Positions 48,570 to 64,000 of a stretch of DNA of 64,000 bases are shown in pieces (position 1 is the first letter of the stretch; every line of letters begins with the position of its first letter). Source of the DNA: Macrostomum lignano (taxonomy: Eukaryota). Made by a program: the position numbers and the translations under genes. The notes beneath the pieces were generated by a model. That model was not told where the DNA came from. It saw only the letters and a list, made by a program, of their open reading frames with translations, and did no database searches. Location: contig NIVC01000391.1 of NCBI GenBank assembly GCA_002269645.1, positions 310,001 through 374,000 on the forward strand. Direction: 5' to 3'.

Positions 48570-48808
48570 TGCGCGGCGCATCTGAAGGCTGCGTACGGCT
48601 ATTCAGTCCAAGGACTGGGGGGGGGGTCGCCAGACACCCTCAATTACCCCAGCTAATGCTGGCACCCATTTTACAGCTGGGTGAACTGAAGCAATGCAGA
48701 GTGAAGTGTCTTGCTCAAGAACACAAACTGCTCAGAGTATGGGTCGAGAATCGAACCCCCGACCTTCAAGTCGTGAGTCGGACGCTCCGACCACTATGGT
48801 ACAACCCC
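48570..48808 (-). mobile_element. tRNA-derived SINE with CORE-like central domain
   Basis: Minus strand: tRNA-like head (TACCATAGTGG...GGTTCGATTCT), then GTGTTCTTGAGCAAGACACTTCAC...CCCAGCTGTAAAATGGGTGCC, which resembles the CORE-SINE consensus. Confidence 0.65.
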
Positions 48809-49247
48809 TGGTGTTTAGAAAAAGAACAATTACATCTGACACGCAGTCAGACAAGACACGAAAACCGACACCAGGAAAGGTGAGTCCAGAAGAAGCAAAT
48901 CAAGGGGCTACAGAAAAAATCTTTAATAAGACTGCTAAAATCAAAAATGCTGATTAAGCGAAAAATTCCAACACAGACAGGTAAAAAAGCGATTGGTCAT
49001 GCAGACAATAAAAGAGCCGATTGCTTGCCAACACTGCAGTCGAATGAAAATTCAATTTAAAAATTGCTTTTAGATGCAGCAAATAAAGTTAAACAAAAGA
49101 ACTAAAACCTACGAGCGTATAAACAATTTCTTGTCAACTGTAAGAGCACAGGTGTATACAACACTGTAGAAGGCACTGCAAAATGTTAGCACAAGTCTTC
49201 CACTACCAGAGTTGAGCTGTCAATCAAGCCAAACCCAACTCGCTGCT

Positions 49248-52024
<2,777 letters not shown>

Positions 52025-54537
52025 CTAAAGATATTACAATTGACCACTGCTATTAATTTAGGGAGAGAATAAAACAGCCAAAAGTGTATAAATAATGAAT
52101 CTAATAAGTTTAAAATGTACTTAATATAGTTAAATTATGAGTCTACAAGATGACTATTAGAAAACTAAAAAATATATGATAATCAAAAATCAGATTTTGC
52201 TTTAACTAAATAGTCTTTCCTTGAATCCAGTGTGATGATAGGAAAATGAAGAAACAAAATATCAATTGTACAGCTAAAAGGACTAGTAAATATAACCAAA
52301 TAAGTTTTCTAAGAAGCATAGTAAAGCCTTTATATCTTATGTCAATTAGTAGCTAATAAATAGAACTTTAATTCATATTATTATTTTTTAGATATAAGTT
52401 ACTAAGCTTTCTTAAGGAGCTAAAATTTTTAGCTAAATGAATAATAGCAGCAGTATTAGGTAGCATGCATTCAAAATTATTATAATTGGGCATATAGAAG
52501 AAAACCCAGGCCATGGTGTCAGTGACAGTGACAATATACTAAATTTGACTTGTATAGTATCTTTTATACACATGAAAAATCGTAGTACTTAATAGTTTTA
52601 CATGTAAATCAGTGATAAAATTCTGGCAGGCTTGATAGAAAATTTATTAATTTTTACTTTTACTTAATATTTACTATACATGAAGATTAGATACTTGATT
52701 AGTATTTATCAAGACTTTAAGCAGCACGTTTATTACTTTAATATTGGGGTGCTTGATATAATGGTAGGCCACTTTTGACACGTTATATTTTATTTACATA
52801 ATACAAGGATGTGTCATCTCACATCTGACACAAGAAACTGAGATGACTGGGTGTTTATGATTTAATATTTTAAATATCTGATTTATCTTATAACTTCGTA
52901 GAAAAAGAGCATTTCAAAATATTTTCGATGACACTTACACTTTCAACAAATATTTGGCTTAAGCATCACTAACTGCTGCTGTGTTAAAATAAAGCGCTTT
53001 AAATTAAAAATAAGTTTACGTAAAACTTTCCCAAAACTTATTGCAATGTGTAAGATCTAAAAGGCATAGCCCACGGAAATTATCGTGCTTTTTTAGATTT
53101 TCGTGGATTTTTAACTCGCGCAGTTTTCATGGACCCAAAAGCGGAGCTAGAACATGCATTGAATGTTGAGTAGTATTAGTACTCACAAAGTATTCTAACC
53201 ACTGTATCCTCATCTTCCTATATTTTTCTCTTATAAATTTTCTTCTCTTTATTATTCATCTGATATTATCTCCTCACCAATATCTTCCAATTTTCAGTAT
53301 ATTTGATATTTTTCTTTTGGTTTTTGCAAAAGTTCTAATGGTTTATCATAAATACTTTGTATTACTGACCGATTGGTTTGCCTCCTGCATCTAATGAATT
53401 TGGATGCATTTCATGATGTAAGTGAAGTTTGTTATAATTTCTGATATTAATCTCTCGATTTATCAATAAAGCAATTCATAATACTTAATTAAGATATTTA
53501 ATTGTTTTTAATATGTTTTATAGTAACATTTAATGTTTTTAATATTTTTGTTAGAAATATAACTCATTATATAATTTATTTTGTGTAAGAAACTATTGCA
53601 GACATGCTGGTTTATGTTATATGTACCCTTATTGGGTATAATAAATCTAGTGCTAATTGGTTACTATATATTACTTTAAAATGATCATGAAATAATAATG
53701 ACTAATTCTAATGCTATTTATAATCAGTAACATGAGTAGAATATTAATTGACTAATGAATTATATAGTAACTACTTATAACTATATTACTACTAACTTAT
53801 ATAGTAGCAAAAAAACGAATTATTTATTTTTAATTTAGCATTGATATTTTAAAGTGCTATTAGAAACTAATATATTGTCATACAGCTCTAATTCTTTCCC
53901 TTTATTTTTGCAAAAGCTGAACCAATATTAAAAAATATTTTAAATGTTATCATTACTGTTTTTTATCTATTACTTGCTTTTGTTTAATGTCAAAATATTT
54001 ATTGATGATAAAGAGAGAAAATATGTTCAAGCTTTAGTAATTAAATTTTAGCTTATAATAAAACTTTTAAGTTACAATTAAACTATTTAAATACATACAT
54101 AAATAAATTTAAATAAAATAAGAATATTCATAACTTTTTACTACAGGCCTTAATAAAAATAACACTCTTACTTACTTTCTTGATCTGAAGTAGTCAGAAA
54201 TAAATAATGCAGTATTTGTTATTTAAACATGGATATAAAAAGAAGTTATCGCCATACTTAATTAAACACACTTGCATATTGAGCCAGATCTATTAGTTTA
54301 TCAAGTTAGCCAGTTAGCAATAAGTTACAGACTTTGTTTTAAATTTCATTGCAAATGAGAAAACACATTACACTACATATTCCATCTTCTGTATCAAAAG
54401 CTCATGTAGTGCAATACAGGCAATATCTAATTGGTTTTATTGTATACAAATCAGTGACTTTTAATTAATTAGCTACTACCTTACTAACAGGCGGTCTTTA
54501 TGCTAATTATTGATTCCATTTATTTCCTATTGTTCAG

Positions 54538-57500
54538 CCCTACGCCGCCGGCCTCAGGCCCAGCGGCAGCGACTTTCTTCGCAATGACAGCAACCCGTCT
54601 AGCAAGGGCTCCCTCATCAGACAGGTGAGCGCGTCTCTATTGTGCTTGATTGTGCTTGATTGCGCTTGATTGTGCTTGCTTTTGCTTTATTGCGCTTGAT
54701 TGTGCTTGATTGCGCTTGATTGTGCTTGCTTTTGCTTTATTGCGCTTGATTGTGCTTGATTGCGCTTGATTGTGCTTAATTGTGCTTGATTGTGCTTGAT
54801 TGCGCTTGATTGTGCTTGATTGTGCTTGATTGCGCTTGATTGTGCTTGATTGTGCTTGATTGCGCTTGATTGTGCTTGATTGTGCCTGATTGTGCTTGAT
54901 TGTGCTTGATTGCGCTTGATTGTGCTTGATTGTGCTTGATTGTGCTTGATTATTCTTGATTGCGCTTGATTGTGCTTGATTGCGCTTGATTGTGCTTGAT
55001 TGCGCTTGATTGTGCTTGATTGTGCTTGATTGCGCTTGATTGTGCTTGATTGTGCTTGATTGTGCTTTATTGTGTTTAATTGCGCTTGATTGTGCTTGAT
55101 TGTGTTTAATTGCGCTTGATTGTGCTTTATTGCGCTTGATTGTGCTTGCTTTTGCTTTATTGCGATTGATTGTGCTTGATTGCGCTTGATTGTGCTTGAT
55201 TGTGCTTGATTGTGCTTGATTGTGCTTGATTGTGCTTGATTGTGCCTGATTGCGCTTGATTGTGCCTGATTGTGCTTGATTGTGCCTGATTGTGCTTGAT
55301 TGTGCCTGATTGCGCTTGATTGTGCTTGATTGTGCGTGATTGTGCTTGATTGTGCTTGATTGTGCTTGATTGCGCTTGATTGCGCTTGATTGTGTTCAAT
55401 CAAAACGTGTTATTTTCTTTCGCCAGATTTTCGCTACCAGTCTACTGCCCGCATATTGTCTATTCTCGAGCTCAAAGCACGCCTTTAATGAGAAAATAAA
55501 AAATTTGCCGATGCCATCAGAGAGTCAAAGGGGGCGAATGACGCAGGCAGGAAAGAAGCTAATCTCGCTACGCAGCTGGCTTCCCCAGCCTCTCCGCCAT
55601 CCCCATCGCCCATCCGCGACATTTGATGCTGCGCTTCTCCCCCTCCCGGTGTTTCTCCAGTGCGACGAGAATCGAGATCGGGGAAGGAGAGAAAATGCAG
55701 CTGAAAGTGTAGACGGGAGAAAGCGCTCGCTTGCTTTTGTGCCATGGCGCTGAGTGGCCTCCGTGTTCAGTTTCGCCTTCCCTTTCTCCCCTTCCTCTCT
55801 CTCTCTCTGACAGCCAGCATCTGGTTCAGTGGCAGTCACGTAAGACTATAAGATGCAGAGGCCTTGTAGAATACTGGAAAATTCAGAACTACTTGTAGCT
55901 TGGAACACCGCAGTGGCTAATAAAGGATTTTGGGCAGGCAGGATATTACAGCGGTTATATCCGCATACGCGCACAACTGGCTGTGTGAGGAAGAGGAAAT
56001 ATGGTCTTATCGGTTAGTGGCATTTTATGGCAACCTTTCACAACCGGGCTGAATCGCCGTTTCTCTCTCTCTGGCACTCGCCAGGGTCTCCCGATCCACA
56101 GCGCACCACTGAGGCGGGGATGAGGGGAGGCAGTTCAGGGTGCAGCGCCGCATTGCATTTTTGAATTATACCCGCTAGGGACCAAACTGGGTCTGCGCGT
56201 GCCAGTAAAAGTACATTTGAACTGCCGTCGCTTCCTCCTCTTCCTCCTCCTATCGACACCGACTGGAGTCCGGAAGCCGTCGTTTAAAAAATTTCCGGCA
56301 CACAAAGTCTGCAGTGTGTGCAGAGCGAATTATTATTTTTCTCTCTACAAAAATTGCAAACGTTTCGATAGAACGAGGCTTGGGGCGAAAATTTAGCCGA
56401 AAATCGAGTCTCCGGCTTGAGTATTGAGTATCCAAATGCGTCTGCATTGAAATTTTTCAAACAGGTTTTATTTTTCGAAGCTTGAAAACAACATTTGCAA
56501 CTGAAGAGCCGGATAGAGAATTCAGCTCATGGCTGCGGGCCAGTTGAGAGAGGAAATGAATAGCGGAGAGAGAGGAGAGAAGATCAGGCAGAGAAGATGA
56601 GATGAGAGAGAAGATGAGATGAGAGAGAAGATGGGAGGAGAGGAGAAAGAAAAGCAGACGAGAAGGAAGAGAGGAGGGATGCGACACAAACCTTTAGCAG
56701 GCTGAATTTGCTATTGTGGAGTTTCAAAGGATCCAAGAGCAGGATAGAGAGGCTTCTCGGGCCGCTTGTGGCCCCTGCTCAAACTGTATTCGCTTTTTAA
56801 CTTCGGCCTCGAAAATTGACAAAATTCCCAGGACACTACTTTTATTTTAAGTAGAAAAATAGAAATATTATTAATCCTCAGTCAGTCAGTCAGTCAGTCA
56901 GTCAGTCAGTCAGTCCGCCCCCCATGCAGGGCAGCGCCGAGTCCAACGGGTCCGAGCAGAGCTCAGCGGAGGCGGCCAGCGTCATAGACGAGGACACCCG
57001 TCGGGAGCGGCAGCGCCAGGCCTCCGAGCAGCTGGAGAAGGCCAAGACAAAGCCGGTGGCATTCGCGGTTCGAACCAACGTCTCCTACGATGGCGCCAAC
57101 GACACCGAGTGCCCGGTGCCCGGCCAGGCCATCTCGTTCTCAGTGCGCGACTTCCTGCACATCAAAGAAAAATTCGACGGCTACTGGTGGATCGGCCGGC
57201 TGATCCGGGAGGGCAGCGACTGCCAGTTCGTTCCGTCCCCGGCCCGGCTGGACAACCTCAAGGCGCAGCAGCGCAGCGGAGGCGGCGGCAGTGGCGCTTC
57301 GAAAACTGCAGCCGCTCAGGGCACGGGTGAGAGACATAATCAGGATGAGCACTACTGATGATGAGCACCCCAGATAGACACAATTAGCACTTCGGATAGA
57401 CACTATGAGCACTCCGGATAGACACTATGAGCACTCCGGATAGAAACTATGAGCACTCCGGATGGACACTATGAGCACTCCGGATAGACACTATGAGCAC

Positions 57501-60500
57501 TCCGGATAGACACTATGAGCACTCCGGATAGATACTATGAGCACTCCGGATAGATACTATGAGCACTCCGGATAGAGATAGACACTATGAGCACTCCGAA
57601 TAGATACTATGAGCACTCCGGATAGATACTATGAGCACTCTGGATAGAGATAGACACTATGAGCACTCCGGATAGATACTATGAGCACTCCGGATAGATA
57701 CTATGAGCACTCTGGATAGAGATAGACACTATGAGCACTCCGAATAGACAGTATGAGCACTCCGGATAGTCTCTATGAGCACTCCGGATAGTCTCTATGA
57801 GCACTCCGGATGGTCTCTATGAGCACTCCGGATAGACACTATGAGCACTCCGGATAGACACTATGAGCACTCCGAAAGAAATGATGCGAGCATTCTCAAT
57901 AACGGAGCGTCGACAAACAGGCAACAATAGTACTTATAAAAAGTCCTAATATAAATGCACTCGAGTTGCACTTTTAACCGAACTGATAGCACAAAAATAT
58001 ACCACAACTGCACAAAAAGTAGGTACTAAAATACAAGTGTTTCTTCATCAACAAAATGTCATGCAATGCCCAGCAGACATAGCACTCTCCCTCCGTTGCT
58101 CTCTCGCGCAGGCGCCAACGCCAACACGCCGCCAACGACAAACCAGGCGCCGCTGATGGAGCCGGCGCTGCTGGATGACTCTGGCGACGCTGATTCGCTC
58201 GGCTACGGCGGCGGCGGCGGCCGCACTGGCAAGGCTGGCTCTGCGGCAGCCGCTGCTGCCGCTGCTGCCGCTGACCCGACAAAAAAGAAGGCCTTCTTCA
58301 AGAAGGTAAAGCCGCGGTTTTTCCTTTGGCCTAATAACACTCTTCTCCATCCCTTTGAGTTTTAATTCCCCCGCCTCTCCCCAACTCCCTTCCCGCCTCT
58401 CCCCAACTCCCTCCCTGCCTCTCTCCAACTCCCTTCCCGCCTCTTTCCAACTCCCTCCCTGCCTCTCCCAACTCCCTTCCCGCCTCTCCCCAACTCCATT
58501 CCCGCCTCTCCCCAACTCCCTTCCCGCCTCTCCCCAACTCCATTCCCGCCTCTCCCCAACTCCCTTCCCGCCTCTCCCCAACTCCATTCCCGCCTCTCTC
58601 CAACTCCCTTCCCGCCTCTCCCCAACTCCCTCCCCGCCTCTCCCCAACTCCCTTCCCGCCTCTCCCCAACTCCCTTCCCGCCTCTCCCCAACTCCCCGCC
58701 GCCCTTGAGCTCAGTCATCTCGCAAGGTCGCACAGTGGACGAAGTCGCTGGAATGCTTAAGGCTGATTTTAAAGCAATTAAAACTTCTAATTAGCAATCA
58801 TATCATAAAACTATTGACACCTAGTTAAAGTGTCAATAAGTGTCAATTAATTTAGCTCACAGCTCATCATTTAGCTCATATAATGGAATATCAGGTGACA
58901 TACGGCACTAATGAGCGCATTGTTTATGAGGCTCAAGCCAGCAACGGCAGCAATAACGGCGGCGGAGTCGTCGTAGGCGGCGGTAGCGGCGGAGGCGGTG
59001 TCGGAAACGACGAAGGCCCGAAAGTGGTTTTTTCGGTGCGAATCGGATCACGTGACTTAGTCAGGCCGAATGGCGGCATTGCATGCCATTATAAATTGCA
59101 TTGTTGAAGATTTTGTCACTAGTTGCAGATTTTACAAGTTTGCCGACACATGCCGGACTCGGAGCTTGCTTTTGTCATTGATTTGCCGTGAGCTGACATG
59201 CAAGTTGAAGAATTGTAACAGCTGTTTAAGAATCAGAATTTGCTAGTTTTATTCGTGAGAGATAGATTAGCAATCCATTCTAATCCATCAACTGAGAAAG
59301 ATTAGCAATCCATTCTAATCCATCAACTGAGAGAGATTAGCAATCCATTCTAATCCATCAACTGAGAGAGATTAGCAATCCATTCTAAGCCATCAACTGA
59401 GAGAGATTAGCAATCCATTCTAATCCATCAACTGAGAGAGATTAGCAATCCATTCTAATCCATCAACTGAGAGAGATTAGCAATCCATTCTAATCCATCA
59501 ACTGAGAGAGATTAGCAATCCATTCTAAGCCATCAACTGAGAGAGATTAGCAATCCATTCTAATCCATCAACTGAGAGAGATTAGAAATCCATTCTAAGC
59601 CATCAACTGAGAGAGATTAGCAATCCATTCGAATCCGTCAACTGAGAGAGATTAGCAATCCATTCTAATCCATCAACTTGAAAACTTGAACCTCTCCCAG
59701 ATTCAGCTTGAACTGCAATGCTGTTTTTGAAATAATAAATTGCTTGACTTCCTACCCGCTTGGTTTTAAATAGTACAAATGTTCTTGCTTGTACTTTAAG
59801 TGTGCCTTTGTGGTTGCTTATAGTACGTAGTACGCTGGTTGTTTAACTAAAAAGTGCAAATCCGCCTCCATTTCAATCTTCAGACGGACTCAGCGCCGCC
59901 CTACGAAGTGGTGCCCTCCATGCGGCCCGTGGTGCTGATCGGACCCAGCCTGAAAGGCTACGAAGTCACCGACATGATGCAGCGCGCCATCTTTGATTTT
60001 TTGAAGCGCCGATTCGAAGGCCGAATCATCATCACGCAGGTGTCATCGGACATTTCACTGGCCAAGCGGAGCGTGCTGAACAATCCAAGCCGGAGGAATG
60101 TCCTCATTGATAGGGGCACTCGGGCCAGCAATATTGGTGAGTTCTGGCGCGATGTTTCAGGGTGTTTTGGCGCCATGTTGCAGTCTGATTTGGCGCCATG
60201 TTGCAGGGTGTTTTAGCGCGATGTTTCAGGGTGTTTTGGCGCCATGTTGCAGGGTGTTTTGGCGCCATGTTCTAGGGTGTTCTAGCGTGATGTTTCAGGA
60301 TGTTTTGGCGCCATGTTGCAGGGTGTTTTAGCGCCATGTTTCAGGGTGTTCTAGCGTGATGTTTCATTGTGTTTTAGCGCGATGTTTCAGGATGTTTTGG
60401 CGCCATGTTTCAGTGTGTTTTAGCGCCATGTTTCAGGGTGTTCTAGCGTGATGTTTCAGGGTGTTTTAGCGCGATGTTTCAGGATGTTTTGGCGCCATGT

Positions 60501-61799
60501 TTCAGTGTGTTTTAGCGCGATGTTTCAGGGTGTTTTGGCGCCATGTTTCAGTGTGTTTTAGCGTGATGTTTCAGGGTGTTTTAGCGCTATGTTTCAGGGT
60601 GTTTTGGCGCCATGTTTCAGGGTGTTTTAGCGCCATGTTTCAGTGTGTTTTAGCGCGATGTTTCAGGGTTTTTTGGCGCTATACTGCAGTCTGCTTTGGT
60701 GCTATGTTGCAGGTTGTTTTCGCCATATTGATGCTTTGATGTATGACGGCTCTTACTATGACTGTTGATTTGAGCTCCTCCTCCACTTCCAGCCGAAGTG
60801 CAGCAGGAGATCGAGCGCATATTTGAGCTGGCCCGCACCCTGCAGCTCGTGGTGCTGGACTGCGACACCATCAATCACCCGGGCCAGCTCGCCAAGACCT
60901 CCCTGGCGCCAATCATTGTGTACCTGAAGATCTCTTCGGTCAAGGTGCTTCAGAGACTGATTAAAAGTCGGGGCAAATCGCAGAGTCGCAGCATGACTCA
61001 GCAATTGAGCTTGGCGGAGAAGCTGCTGCAGTGCAGTGCTGTGAGTACAGTGTGACATTGGGGTGGTTCCTATCTAATGTGACCTTGAACTGGGGTGATT
61101 CCTATCTAATGTGACCTTGAACTGGGGTGATTCCTATCTATATGACCTTGAACTGGGGTGATTCCTATCTATATGACCTTGAAGGGGGTGATTCCTATCT
61201 ATATGACCTTGAAGGGGGTGATTCCTATCTATATGACCTTGAACGGGGGTGATTCCTATCTATATGACCTTGAATTGGGGTCAACTTAAAAAAACACCCA
61301 GGACTTCTACGACGTTGTCCTGGACGAGAATCAGTTGGAGGACGCGTGCGAGCACCTGTCCGAATACCTGGAGGCCTACTGGCGCGCCACTCATCCGCCC
61401 TCGATGCTCAGCAAGGCGGAGCGCCTCCTCGGCCTGGCCGGCCAAAATCCTGGCGGCCGCCCCGGCGCCGAGTTTCACCACCCGCAGGCGGCGGTGCCGC
61501 ACCTGCCGCGCCATGTCCCCTCGCTGCAGCTGTACCAGCAGCCGCCGCAGCGAATGCCGCTCCAGCAGCAGCAGCAGCGAGGCGCGGCTGGCGACGGCAG
61601 CGGCGGGCTGTGGAGCGGCGATCCGGAGGACTTCCGCAGCGACAGGCAGCTGCGCATCGACCGTCAGCAGCCGACATCTCAGCAGCCGCCGATGGCGATG
61701 ATGTCGCATCAGCAGCAGCAGCAGCAGCAGCCGCTGGATCTGCAGCAGCGCCGAAGGCAACTGCCGCATCCGCCGAGGCAGGGGTCCATTGCCATCTAG
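54538..61799 (+). CDS. CACNB: Voltage-dependent calcium channel beta subunit (SH3-HOOK-GK); start exon not located
   Basis: Inferred exons 54538-54624, 56930-57326, 58112-58305, 59884-60136, 60793-61040 and 61302-61799. Motifs LIRQ|[120 protein letters not shown]. Confidence 0.95.
54638..55395. repeat. Intronic 10 bp minisatellite TGATTG(T/C)GCT
   Basis: Direct reading. Confidence 0.97.
57345..57875. repeat. Intronic 22 bp minisatellite GATAGACACTATGAGCACTCCG
   Basis: Direct reading. Confidence 0.95.
58365..58700. repeat. Intronic 22 bp C-rich minisatellite CCCCAACTCCCTTCCCGCCTCT
   Basis: Direct reading. Confidence 0.95.
59262..59677. repeat. Intronic 35 bp minisatellite GAGAGAGATTAGCAATCCATTCTAATCCATCAACT
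   Basis: Direct reading. Confidence 0.95.
60140..60700. repeat. Intronic 23 bp minisatellite CATGTTTCAGGGTGTTTT(A/G)GCGC
   Basis: Direct reading; starts within a few bases of the splice donor at 60137. Confidence 0.93.
61055..61280. repeat. Intronic ~31 bp minisatellite TATGACCTTGAACTGGGGTGATTCCTATCTA
   Basis: Direct reading; occupies nearly the whole last intron. Confidence 0.92.
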
Positions 61800-62134
61800 C
61801 TGTGCAGCCTGTACATATAGAGCACGGCTTTGTTATACCTTGTCAGCTGTCCCAATGGTACCCAATTTATTCGCGTGTAATCGTTTTCTTACAAATTACT
61901 TCGTATTGAACCAGGACTGTTGCTTGTCGAGTCCAGCGTTCGTTTTTTTGTCCGTTCAGTATTAGTGCTAAACACTGCATTGTTCTCGCATCAGTTCTAT
62001 TATACAGTGCAGCTCTCCACCTGCACTACTTACAGTACAGCAGAGTGCACGAGATTTTTATTTTTTGAAGATGGCCAATTCAATTTACCACGAAGAGACC
62101 TTAAGGCTTAAATCATTGATGGGATTAAGAAAAT

Positions 62135-62410
62135 TAATTTGAGAGGTCACCTAATCCATTTGAGGTAACTTAAGAGGTCGTCTGACCCCTTTGGAGTAAA
62201 CTTGAGAGGTCACCTGACACTTTTGGGGTAAACTTGGAAGTCACCTGACCCCTTAGGGGTAAACTTGAGAGGTCACCTGGGGTAAACTTGAGAGGTCACC
62301 TGGAGTAAACTGAGAGGTCACCTGGAGTAAACTTGAGAGGTCACCTGGGGTAAACTTGAGAGGTCACCTGGAGTAAACTTCCTGAGGTAAACTTGAGAGG
62401 TCACCTGACT
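62135..62410. repeat. ~22 bp minisatellite GGTAAACTTGAGAGGTCACCTG
   Basis: Direct reading. Confidence 0.85.
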
Positions 62411-63084
62411 CCTGTGTAATTTTTACTATCTGACATCTCTAGCCAACAGTTTTGAATCTGCTATATCTCATTGATAACTTTATGGCAAAATTCTTTTGTC
62501 GTTTTGATTTACACCTGTCTGAATTGCACCTGGTGTCGGGTTATTTACTCTTATTAACAGCCGTAAATTTATTGAGCTGTCTTGCAGTCCGCTTGCAGTA
62601 TTGTTGTTTTACCGAACTTGTCTTGTGGTTTTCATTTTTGTCAGCTCATGTCGTCCATGTTAATCTGCACCAACGTTAACCCGCTGCCCTTGGAGACAAT
62701 ATTTATAGATTCTTAGAGGTTCGCACAATGCAAAGTATTAACAAAACTGAATTGGTGTTTATTTGTCATCGGGTATTTTGTGTGCCGAGGTTAAAAAGTA
62801 GCAGATTTTTTTCTTAATTATTACCCTCGCTCTTGGTATCTGCATGATTTGCTGAAAATCGTATTTACTAAATATACAAGAATATTTATATAGCTGGCTA
62901 TTTGCGAAATTTATACGGTAATTGAATAAAATTTAACCATAATAAAAAATTTTTTGCTTAAATCAGGTGAATCAAATTTCTTTTATAATTTCAACAAAAT
63001 ACGAGCTCGATTTAACACTGGAAAATTTCCGGTGTAATCACTTGATCGCGGAGAATACATTTAAATCATGGGGAGAGTGGGGAG

Positions 63085-63985
63085 TCTAGCAGAAGCTCTA
63101 GCGCCTCCCCCCCCAGCAGCAGCTCTGGCGCCTCCCCCCCCACAGCAGCTCTGGCGCCTCCCCCCCCAGCAGCAGCTCTGGCGCCTCCCCCCCCAGCAGC
63201 AGCTCTGGCGCCTCCCCCCCCCAACAGCAGCTCTGGCGCCTCCCCCCCAACAGCAGCTCTGGCGCCTCCCCCCCCAGCAGCAGCTCTGGCGCCTCCCCCC
63301 CAACAGCAGCTCTGGCGCCTCCCCCCCCAACAGCAGCTCTGGCGCCTCCCCCCCAACAGCAGCTCTGGCGCCTCCCCCCCAACAGCAGCTCTGGCGCCTC
63401 CCCCCAACAGCAGCTCTGGCGCCTCCCCCCCCCAACAGCAGCTCTGGCGCCTCCCCACCAACAGCAGCTCTGGCGCCTCCCCCCCAACAGCAGCTCTGGC
63501 GCCTCCCCCCCCCAACAGCAGCTCTGGCGCCTCCCCCCCAGCAGCAGCTCTGGCGCCTCCCCCCCAGCAGCAGCTCTGGCGCCTCCCCCCCAACAGCAGC
63601 TCTGGCGCCTTTCCCCCCCAATAGCAGCTCTGGCGCCTCCCCCCCAACAGCAGCTCTGGCGCCTCCCCCCCCAACAGCAGCTCTGGCGCCTCCCCCCCAA
63701 CAGCAGCTCTGGCGCCCCCCCCCAACAGCAGCTCTGGCGCCTCCCCCCCAGCAGCAGCTCTGGCGCCTCCCCCCCAGCAGCAGCTCTGGCGCCTCCCCCC
63801 CCAACAGCAGCTCTGGCGCCTCCCCCCCAACAGCAGCTCTGGCGCCTCCCCCCCCCAACAGCAGCTCTGGCGCCCCCCCCCAACAGCAGCTCTGGCGCCT
63901 CCCCCCCCAGCAGCAGCTCTGGCGCCTCCCCCCCCCCAACAGCAGCTCTGGCGCCTCCCCCCCAACAGCAGCTCTGGCGCCGTCA
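63085..63985. repeat. ~26-29 bp GC-rich minisatellite CAGCAGCTCTGGCGCCTC(C)nAA
   Basis: Direct reading; the C-run length varies between units. Confidence 0.96.
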
Positions 63986-64000
63986 CCTCAAACGATGCAG

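Noticed and set aside
58883-59107. Gly-rich 74 aa ORF in a CACNB intron as an alternative HOOK exon
   Set aside because: No convincing phase-compatible splice sites and no homology recognised. It cannot be supported without RNA data.
63061-63986. Gly-rich 260-306 aa ORFs on the minus strand
   Set aside because: All three frames are open because the minisatellite lacks stop codons, and frames shift with C-run length.

Overview
Eukaryotic, intron-rich animal genomic DNA: GC-rich exons, GT-AG introns, and almost every intron filled with its own minisatellite. The style resembles a flatworm such as Macrostomum, but that is inference only. Bases 1-20962 are a near-continuous chain of non-autonomous Helitron-like elements. 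They read on the minus strand with 5'-TC termini, a GC hairpin plus CTAG-3' termini and direct CTAG|TC head-to-tail junctions. They carry different internal satellite arrays, most of them next to a degenerate tRNA-like A-box/B-box module. The rest of the window holds five recognisable multi-exon genes: neutral sphingomyelinase (SMPD2-like, +), a Grd-like GABA-gated channel subunit (-), a RASEF-like EF-hand/coiled-coil/Rab GTPase (-), a UDP-galactose transporter (SLC35A2-like, -) and a voltage-gated Ca2+ channel beta subunit (+). A young, 5'-truncated I-group (Ingi-like) LINE with an open RT/RNase H frame sits inside the (CAG)n polyQ tract of an unrecognised host ORF. One SMPD2 exon lies in the loop of a ~1 kb inverted repeat. 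All exon boundaries were placed by eye. No database search or alignment was run.
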